From the NCBI RefSeq assembly GCF_006345805.1, contig NC_043009.1:62186001-62250000 (forward strand): a stretch of DNA of 64,000 bases, in the 5' to 3' direction. Each line of letters starts with the position of its first letter. The first letter of the stretch is position 1. The translations under genes and the position numbers were made by a program. Positions 38,569 through 48,103 of the stretch are shown here, piece after piece. The notes under the pieces were generated by a model, which was not told the origin of the DNA, made no database searches, and was given only the letters and a program-made list of their open reading frames with translations. This DNA comes from Octopus sinensis. Lineage: Eukaryota.

Positions 38569-38605
<37 letters not shown>
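38060..38605 (+). mobile_element. Probable non-LTR 3' UTR fragment with (AAT)n tail
   Basis: Non-coding ~500 bp ending CTCTCTCACTCAA(TAA)n and preceded by (AAT)n; no ORF. Confidence 0.45.
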
Positions 38606-38861
38606 TGAGGGAATATTATTCCAAACTTACAGGGAAACTTTCAATTTAGAAATACTAAATCAAATTTCACAAAATATAATATATATATATATAAATTAGA
38701 AAAAAACCCCACTTTTTATCATTTCAATAATGAAAAATTAAATTATACCATTTAGAAAAATTACATATCATAGAAAGATTAAATATAAGATAAAACATAT
38801 AACAATGATTAAGTAATGGGCGAAATAATAAATAAAACGTGTATATTTGGTAGAATAATGA

Positions 38862-38962
38862 AACGTGTTTCGTGGCTATATTTAAGAAATGATAATAGTA
38901 AAAATAATAGTAGTTGTAGTAGTAAAATCACTTCAATATATATATAGCCACTCTTCAGGTTA
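38862..38962 (-). ncRNA. Partial hammerhead motif in Penelope-like terminal repeat
   Basis: Minus CTGAAGA-GTGGCTATAT..[60 nt]..ATATAGCCAC-GAAAC-ACGTT. Core and 10-bp stem II are intact; stem I is not recoverable. Confidence 0.4.
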
Positions 38963-40363
38963 AAGGTAACAACAATAATAAAATAATTAATTAGATAAAT
39001 TAGTAAATATACGTAAATCTTGTAAAATACGAAATATCTTAAAATATTCTTGTTTAAAAAATAAGATACAATTAATTAAAATATTTAAAACAAATATATA
39101 TATATATAAGATACAAAATATACATTAAGTGAAAGCTAAATACTATAATTTAAACTATATACATTAAATTATTAATTATTTAATTAATTAATTTTTTAAA
39201 AATCTAAATAAAATCTTATGCTCATTAAGTAAGTTATATTAAAAACCTTAATGTTAAATAATATACATAATGTTAGTGCAAGCTATAAATATTGGAATCA
39301 AAAATAGGAAATGGTTCAAATATATACACACCTATTAGATAAACTAACTATATTATTAATATATATGTAGTATCTATAGATTTAATATTTTACTCAATAA
39401 TATAGTTGACCAAAATATCAATTAATAGAAGACTAATTTACTTAAATGTAATACTACGTAATAAATATACCACCTAACTATTAAATAATGTATTGTCTTA
39501 CATAAACTAATTCTCAAATTAAATTATATGTAATACATTAAATCACATTATAAAAATAATAATAAAGGATAATAAATAAATAGATATACATATCATAACT
39601 AATAATTATCAAGAAATTATATATAAAATTAATATTTTAACAACAATAATAATAATCAAACTTAATACAATTCAAAAGTTAAATAATATTGTTAAATAAA
39701 AAAAAGGTTACTTAGGTTGTCGATGAAAATAACATAACTGAATTTTAAACGTAAAAATGTAGGTCTTATCGTTTATAAGAAATTAAACTCGTGAAGACGT
39801 TGTGTAAAAAAATAGAATAAAATTATCAATGAAAATGACGAAAAATATTTATTAATGAAAAAGACGAAAATTATTTAAGCTTCATGAATTAAAGAAAAAT
39901 AGAATAACAAAAGAACGATAAATGACTGTTTACTATAAATTAATTTCCAAATAATTATTACGTAAAATATACATATAATATTAAATTAATTTATATTGCT
40001 ATAACTAATAGTCTTAATAAAATTATATATAATCATTTATGTATTAAGAAATATCTAAGTTGAAAATTGTTCAAATATATTAATATAACATATAATAATA
40101 TAGTAAATTATACTCTAATACTATTAAATTATATCTACAAGAAATAAATAACATAAAAAGAAATAAGGTTTTATACATACGGAAAAATAAGTTAAACGCA
40201 TTATATAGGTAAATAAATTTATGCCAGCATTTAAATTTAAGTGACTATTTACTATAAATTTAAACTCTAAATAATAAGTAAGTAAAATATATATATTATA
40301 TTTAAATTAATTTATATTACTATAATTAATATATCTTAATATATTTATATAATCATTTATTTA

Positions 40364-40993
40364 TTAGCTAAACCTATTATATAGGTAATTTAGTTTATGT
40401 TTATATTTAATTTTACGTTTCTCCAATGAGTTTACCAACACATAATTGTTATTAAATAATATTTCTTTGAATTCATTATTACACAATGAACAATAATTAC
40501 TCCCTATACAATATGATTTAGCCTTACTTATAATCTCCCAAGTTAATTTATATTTAATAGATCTAGATTTAAGGTCCCAAATATATTTACTGAGACCTGT
40601 TGAATTTATTAAATTTTTATTCCTAAAAGAATACATATGTTGAGATACTCTTGATTTAATTTTATTCGAAGTGGACCCTATATAAATAGTGTTTAAATTA
40701 TGATAATTCAAATTCTTATCATCTATTAAAGTTACCATACACTTATAGACTACATTATCTAAATTACAATTATTATTAAATATACATGTAGTCTTATCCC
40801 TACATGTACAATCAATTAAATCTTGGTCTTTATTATTATTATTGGAATCAATATTTAATTTATCTTTATAGTATTTATTTAATTTAAATGTATTAAATGG
40901 AGAAACAATATTACCAACATTATTAGTAGTTGAATACCCAACTCCAAAATTATTATTAGAAAAAGGGTTAATATCATTGTTATATGTTTTATC
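40364..40993 (-). pseudogene. Penelope-like element (Naiad-type) linker + GIY-YIG endonuclease, 5'-truncated
   Basis: 209 open codons (extended by hand upstream of the listed ATG): FSNNNFGVGYSTTNNV..CTCRDKTTCIFNNNC..VVYKC..IYIGSTSNKIKSRVSQH..LSKYIWDLK..W..CSLCNNE. Confidence 0.8.
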
Positions 40994-41213
40994 TTATATT
41001 TAATATATACGAGAGGTATTGGTATCCAGAAGACCCAAGTTGGCAGGTAACGTTATATAAGTGCTATGTAAGGACCGTAGTTAAACTCTCCGTTGGATGA
41101 TACGAGTGAGGAGTCTAATGCGGGTCTAGTATGAGCATGTATATGTTAAATAAAATGAGACAACAAACCGAAGGCTGTGTGGAATTTTCAGGACATTTAT
41201 AAAGCGGAAGTTA

Positions 41214-41261
41214 GTCTTACAGCTGTTTCTGAGATATTTGGGATATCCCTTCATCAGAGAC
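41214..41261 (-). ncRNA. Minimal type-I hammerhead ribozyme
   Basis: GTCT-CTGATGA-A-GGGATAT-CCCAA-ATATCTC-A-GAAAC-AGCT-GTA-AGAC: intact core, palindromic ACAGCTGT stem III, GUA site; A.A at the base of stem II. Confidence 0.7.
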
Positions 41262-41384
41262 GATGTAAGGTGGTTAATAGAGTGAAATATTAGAGTTCAA
41301 TATAAAGATTTATTTTTCCTTCCTTTTCCAAAATAACTACTTATATTGATCTCCAATATTCCCCTCAATTAACCATCTCACGTC

Positions 41385-41432
41385 GTCTTTGACGAAGGGA
41401 TAGCCCTAATATCTCAGAAACAGCTGTAAGAC
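41385..41432 (+). ncRNA. Minimal type-I hammerhead ribozyme, C3U variant
   Basis: GTCT-TTGACGA-AGGGATA..AATATCTCA-GAAAC-AGCT-GTA-AGAC. Confidence 0.55.
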
Positions 41433-41540
41433 TAACTTTCTCTTTATAAATGTCCAGAAAATTCCACACAGCCGTTGCTTTGTTGTATCATCTTATTTAA
41501 CATATACATATATGTATGTATGCATATATGTTTACACTCA

Positions 41541-41583
<43 letters not shown>

Positions 41584-41585
<2 letters not shown>

Positions 41586-41705
41586 TGACGTATATTTGCC
41601 ATTTCAATATGACTAACCCCTAAGGGTGGATGCTACTGTAGTTTTTAGCCCCAGGAAGACACACTCCTCCAGCTGGCCATAGACACACTTTCTGTGCCCT
41701 ATCAG
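41584..41705 (+). mobile_element. Family C short element fragment
   Basis: GTGACGTATATTTGCCATTTCAATATG..CTAAGGGTGGATGCTAC..GACACACTTTCTGTG, shared with 44010 and 58785; follows (TA)n. Confidence 0.7.
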
Positions 41706-41934
41706 TATTACATTTATCAGAGTATAGTTTTATAGATCCATTACAGGTGAGAAAACCGATTATTGTCTAACTGGATGGTTATCCAATGCTCTTCAGAGGT
41801 TGCATATACGGAGGCGAAACTGATCTGTAAACCTGGCTATAATGGACCTGTAATACTTTATACTTTAATTGATATGTTCACTCAACTGACAAACATATGT
41901 GCCTATTTTTTCTGACTTATAAATCGTTAGATGA

Positions 41935-42522
41935 CCTACACACATACATACATACATACATACATACATACATACATACATACATACATACATACATACA
42001 TACATACATACATACACACACACATACATACATACATACATACATACATACAAACATACATACATACATACATACATACATACACACACATACATACATA
42101 CATACATACATATATACATACATACATACATACATACATACATACATACATACATTCATACATACATACATACATATATACATACATACATACATACATG
42201 CATACATACATACATACAAACATACATACATGCATGCATACATACATACATACATACATACATACATACATACATGCATGCATACATACATACATACATA
42301 CATACATACATGCATACATACATACATACATACATACATTCATACATACATACATACATACATACATACATACATGCATACATACATACATACACACACA
42401 TACATACATACATACATACATACATACATACATACATACACACATACACACACACATACATAAATACATACATACATACATACATACATACATACATACA
42501 TACATACACACACATACATACA

Positions 42523-42556
<34 letters not shown>

Positions 42557-42590
42557 CATACATACATACATACATACATACAGTCATCCA

Positions 42591-42624
<34 letters not shown>

Positions 42625-42802
42625 CATACATACATACATACATACATGCATGCATACATACATACATACACACACACATACATACATACATCCATCCATC
42701 CATCCATCCATACATACATCCATCCATCCATACATCCATCCATCCATCCATACATACATACATACATACATGCATACATACATACATACATACATACATA
42801 CA

Positions 42803-42832
<30 letters not shown>
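41935..42832. repeat. ~900-bp (TACA)n/(TCCA)n microsatellite
   Basis: Visible tetranucleotide array. Confidence 0.97.
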
Positions 42833-42835
<3 letters not shown>

Positions 42836-42874
42836 CTTTGTATGTACATATCTATGCATGTACGTAAATCTTTA

Positions 42875-43640
42875 GTCCTTTATTTGTTCAGTCATTGTGT
42901 TACGGCCATGCTGGGGCACCGCCTTAAAAGGTTTTAGTCGAGCAAATTGAACCCTTACTTATATTTTTAAAGTCTGGTACTTACTCTATCTGTCTCTTAA
43001 GCCAAACAGTAAAGTCACAAGCGTAAACAGACCAACACCGGTTGTCAAACGATAGTGGACCAACACAAACACCAACACACACACTCACATACACACACAC
43101 ACCACACACACACATATATATATGTATGTGTGTATGTATGTATGTATTTATGTATGTATGTATGTATGTATGTTTGTATGTATGCATGCATGCATGCATG
43201 TATGTATGTATGCATGTATGTATGTATGTGTGTGTGTGTCTGTATGTATGTATGTATGTATGTATGTATGTATGTATGTATGTATGTATGTATGTATGTA
43301 TGTTTGTATGTATGCATGCATGCATGCATGCATGTATGTATGTATGCATGTATGTATGTATGTGTGTGTGTGTCTGTATGTATGTATGTATGTATGTATG
43401 TATGTATGTGTGTGTGTATGTATGTATGTGTGTGTGTATGTATGTATGTATGTATGCATGCATGTATGTGTGTGTGTGTCTGTGTGTATGTATGTATGTA
43501 TGTATGTGTGTGTGTGTGTCTGTATGTATGTATGTATGTACGTATGTAAGTATGTATGTATGTATGTATGTATGCATGCATGCATGCATGTATGTATGTA
43601 TGTATGTATGTATGTGTGTGTGTGTATGTATGTATGTATG

Positions 43641-43671
<31 letters not shown>

Positions 43672-43852
43672 GTATGTATGCATGTATGTATGTGTACGAC
43701 GAGCGTTTTCCAGTTTCCATTTACCAAATCTACTCACAAGGCTTAGTTGGCCTGGTGCTTTAGTATAAGGCACTTGCACTATAGTATTTTGACAAAGTGC
43801 TACGCAGTAACTATGTGGCTAGGAAGCAAACTTCTTTCCACACAGTCATGCA
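42875..43852 (-). mobile_element. SINE family S2 with its internal microsatellite expanded to ~600 bp of (TATG)n
   Basis: S2 tail at 42875-43075 and head at 43697-43852 flank the array at 43095-43695. Confidence 0.75.
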
Positions 43853-43934
43853 TTTTCCATTTTTATGCATGTATGTATGTATGTATAATGTATATATATG
43901 CATACATATACATATCGTACATTATATATATATA

Positions 43935-43972
<38 letters not shown>

Positions 43973-43990
43973 CAATGATAAATCTTATAA

Positions 43991-44210
43991 ACAGTAGCGG
44001 TAACACATCGTGACGCATATTTGCCATTTGAATATGGCTAACCCTTAAGGGTGGATGCTACTGTAGTTTGTAGCCCCAGTATCTCAGTATCTGAGAGGGT
44101 ACAGATAGTGTGTCTATAGCCAGCTGGAGGAGATATCTTCCTGGGGCTACAGACTACAGTAGCATCCACCCTTAGGGATTAGCCATATTCAAATGGCAAA
44201 TATGCGTCAC
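43991..44210. repeat. Family C element folded back on itself (70-bp arms)
   Basis: 44010-44079 is the reverse complement of 44141-44210; TA runs on both sides. Confidence 0.88.
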
Positions 44211-44546
44211 TATATATATATATATATGTATACTACATGTCCAGGGCAGGCGTGGCTGTTCAATGTTACAACCCCAGGCAGATCTTTCGCCAGCTAGTTA
44301 TGGGTGCAAGCTGCACATATAACCAGCTGGTTATTGCAAGTAGGGGAACGAACCCCTGCCTCTCCCTAGAGGTTTTGAGCTAGTTTGCTCATCCTCAGTT
44401 ACGAACACCTGACCATTAGAGAGATAAATATACATACATATTTATATATATATACATATATACATATCTATAATGTGACCACGTGTGTATCGTTGGGGAT
44501 TCTTTTTCCTCCGCCTTCCATTCCTTGGATCTTTCCTTTTCCTATG

Positions 44547-44579
44547 TTTCTGACAAAGTGCTCCGCTCGAAACGTTAAA
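44547..44579 (+). ncRNA. Degenerate minimal hammerhead
   Basis: TTT-CTGACAA-A-GTGC-TCC-GCTC-GAAAC-GTT-AAA; G8>A and a stem II mismatch. Confidence 0.4.
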
Positions 44580-44671
44580 TCCTCCTTCTTTCTTTCCTTT
44601 CTTGAGCGTCCAATAACACTATACTTGTTCCACGTCCTCGCGTAGTTGTGTTTTCATGTATGGATTAGCTT

Positions 44672-44705
<34 letters not shown>

Positions 44706-44796
44706 TATACATCATATACATATATACATATACATATATGTATATAATATGTATATATGTATATATATATATATATATTATATATTATATTAATAT

Positions 44797-44829
<33 letters not shown>

Positions 44830-44836
<7 letters not shown>

Positions 44837-45030
44837 ACGGGAAGCTTTATGAAAATAGACAAAAGACGAAGGCAGGTGGAGTACAAACAAACAAATGTAT
44901 AGTATGGCGCTCAGGAAATATAAATAAAACAAGTCTTTAACGTTTCGAGCCTACGCTCTTCAACAGAAAGATACACAAGAGAGAAAAAAAACACAGAAAG
45001 AAGGAGAGAAAAAAATGCGTGCAGTAACTA
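44830..45030 (-). mobile_element. Family B short element
   Basis: Homologous to 1000-1190; bounded by (TA)n. Confidence 0.65.
44935..44970 (-). ncRNA. Minimal hammerhead variant (CUGUUGA core)
   Basis: CTTT-CTGTTGA-A-GAGC-GTAG-GCTC-GAAAC-GTT-AAAG; all stems intact. Confidence 0.6.
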
Positions 45031-45138
45031 TATATATGTATATATATATGTATATATATATGTATATATATATGTATGTATGTATGTATATATGTATATA
45101 TATATATATATATGTATATATATAATATTATATATATA

Positions 45139-45189
<51 letters not shown>

Positions 45190-46481
45190 CATACACACAA
45201 AACTTTCCAACATTCAAGGAATCAGATACTTAAATATTAAAGCACCAAGTTCCGGTCGATGTAAACAATAATTCAGGTCAAATAGTAAAGTAAATTCGGA
45301 TTTGTACACCGGTTGTGCATACATTCACAGATGGCTGACTGAATACACAATGAGTCATCAAGGTCACACACAGGTATATATACTCGCTTCACCAACTCTA
45401 TCAACTCTAAACTCAAAAACAAATTGCAGGTTCTATAAACTTATGTTTGCATACATGCATATATACTTATGCGCAGACACTAAGTATCAAGCTGTCACAA
45501 GCAGACGTGGTGACGGTGTGTCACTTCTCACAATACCACACTAGAAAATTTGTCAATGAAATTTTTATTGAGTTTGTGACGGACGCATGGAATACATTTT
45601 CGTTTCCAGGCCAACGAAACCAAATCACTAGTTTTATCCCTAGCTAGATTATGCTATTGTTATTTTTTAGTTAAGAACAAAAAGACCGCAAGTTGTAACA
45701 GCTAGAACAATGGCTGGTTAATGTTTCCGCCGCTAGATCTTTGATACCACCAGCATAGACTCACCTGAAATAGCAAAACTATAGATTAGATTACCTAGTC
45801 ACTGTTCTCACATAGATAGTACAATATAGCTCTTTGTATAGCTGATTAATGTTCCTATATATACAAGCCATTTCAGCCTTACCACACAGAGATCGACATG
45901 CGATTGACGAAGTCACGTCGCCGCTATGTCACACAAACAGAGATCGACACTAAATGCTCTAAAGCACATCTCGTCTTTGCCACTGCAAACATGCAAAATC
46001 AGTGGTCAACTACATCCTTCTTTTCCCACCAAGATCTACTGCTAGCTGTTATTTTCTACAACAGAATGTTTTCAAGTGGGACAATTAGTCCTGCCACGAT
46101 AATATCAATTTGTCTGCTTCCTCTATTAAACAATTTCAACCCAGCGATGTCTTAGTTAACCAAATTGGAGAGTTATAAACAGAAGGTGGTGATGTAATGC
46201 ATTTCTATATAATTGTCTGAATACTTTACAGATTGCAAACGTAGATTGTCCTTACATACTTTTCTCCATCTTATTCTTCCACTCAGACGACTATACATTT
46301 TATAAATAAAGTTTTGAAATAATAAATATATTTTAATTGGATTTATGTAGTGTTGTAATGTTTATTCGACAATATCACTTAACATCAATCAACTTCACCA
46401 TTACATGTTCATAGTTGAAACATTAGAAAATCTGCAAGCTCATTTATGTGCATGTGTGAGTGAGTGTGCACGCGTGTTTTA

Positions 46482-46512
<31 letters not shown>

Positions 46513-46527
46513 ACATATAGCCATATG

Positions 46528-46911
46528 TGTCGTGGCACTCCGTCGGTTGCGACGACGAGGGTTCCAGTTGATCCGATCAACGGAACAGCCTGCTCGTGAA
46601 ATTAATGTGCAAGTGGCTGAGCACTCCACAGACATGTGTACCCTTAACGTAGTTTTCGGCGAGATTCAGCGTGACACAGAGTGTGATAAGGCTGGCCCTT
46701 TGAAATACAGGTACAATAGAAACAGGAAGAAAGAATGAGAGAAAGTTGTGGTGAAATATAACAACAGGGTTCACCACCACCCTCCGCCGGAGCCTCGTGG
46801 AGCTTTAGGTGTTTTCGCTCATTAAGCACTCACAACGCCTGGTCTGAGAATCGAAACCGCGATCCTACGATCGCGAGTCCGCTGCCCTAACCACTGAATC
46901 ATTGCGCCTCC
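46528..46911 (-). mobile_element. SINE family S3
   Basis: Reverse complement of GGAGGCGCAATG..GGTTAGGGCAGCGGACTCGCGATC. Confidence 0.85.
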
Positions 46912-47687
46912 TCAATATGTGTAAACACACAGAAACTCATGCACTCACTCACGAAATACGAAATACAGATATGAATATACACACATGCGAATGTATATAG
47001 AGACGTAAGAGACAAACTGTTAGCGGTGTTAAGGTAGAGACGAGACTTCCCCCCATCCCTCCCACTCCATTTATCTTTCATTTGGTAAACCAGAATTCCT
47101 GTTATGCCTCCCCTCTCTTGAGAGACAAGCACTGAAAGATTGATAAGGTTTCACAACTCGCGAATGGTGATTCCATTTCACTGACAAGAAAAGCTGTCAG
47201 CGAACTACCGTGGGAATTTTTAGCGATTCATGCTAGTGTCGGTGGGTGTAGGGACTTCGTGATGAGAGTGATGGTGGTGTTGGTAATGGCTGTGGAAGGG
47301 TGAATAACAGTGGTTATGATAGTTGTAGTGGTACTGTTGCTGTCGTTGCTGCTGCTGCTGCTGGTTATGGTGGCGGGGCCAAATTAAGACCGCTAGTGAT
47401 TGAGTACTGAATATATTATATAATATATATATATATATATAATATATATATATATATATTAACAATTGAGGAAAATCTTTAAAAATCTTTAAAAGAAATT
47501 ATCAGTAGTCAGCGTGAAAAACCTCGTAAGAGAAAAAATCCGTAAATTCTTCCTCTTTGAAAATATTCATTTATATTAATATAATAAATATAATATAAAT
47601 ATAAATATATATATATATAAAGCAGAGTTATAACAGAGTATTCCCTTCATTTTTAACGGTATTTTTCATAACGTTTTCAAATAGCCA

Positions 47688-47750
47688 GATAACCGAAGAG
47701 ATGGTGTGTTGTGGATTTCCACTTCGGCATCTGAAACTCAGAGTTTTATC
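47688..47750 (+). ncRNA. Type-I hammerhead variant with extended stem II loop
   Basis: GATAA-CCGAAGA-GATG..[24 nt]..CATC-T-GAAAC-TCAGA-GTT-TTATC; U4>C and an extra U before GAAA. Confidence 0.5.
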
Positions 47751-47779
47751 TTGACTACCGAGTAATGTAACATATGTAT

Positions 47780-47835
<56 letters not shown>

Positions 47836-48103
47836 ATAATATATATGTATATATTTATTTTAAAATTATAAGTAATGAAACATACAAATTTCCGCCACGA
47901 AGACACGTAGTCTATGCCTTAGGGACGTAGCTTCAACCGTGTTCTTTCTGATGTGAATTTGCTACCCAGGTATCGGTTATCTTTCGAATTATCCTTAATA
48001 AGATAATTCATTCAATTACTCAAATATATATATAGTATATATATATATATATATAATATATATATATATAATATATATATATGTAATTCAAAATAAGTAA
48101 TAA

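Larger units (their letters stand above)
41130..41500. repeat. ~130-bp inverted repeat carrying two hammerheads
   Basis: 41130-41262 is approximately the reverse complement of 41381-41500. Confidence 0.85.

Noticed and set aside
38600-40360. Possible organellar (NUMT) or foreign AT-rich insert
   Set aside because: No mitochondrial gene, rRNA or tRNA motif was seen; it is contiguous with Penelope-like repeats and ORF.
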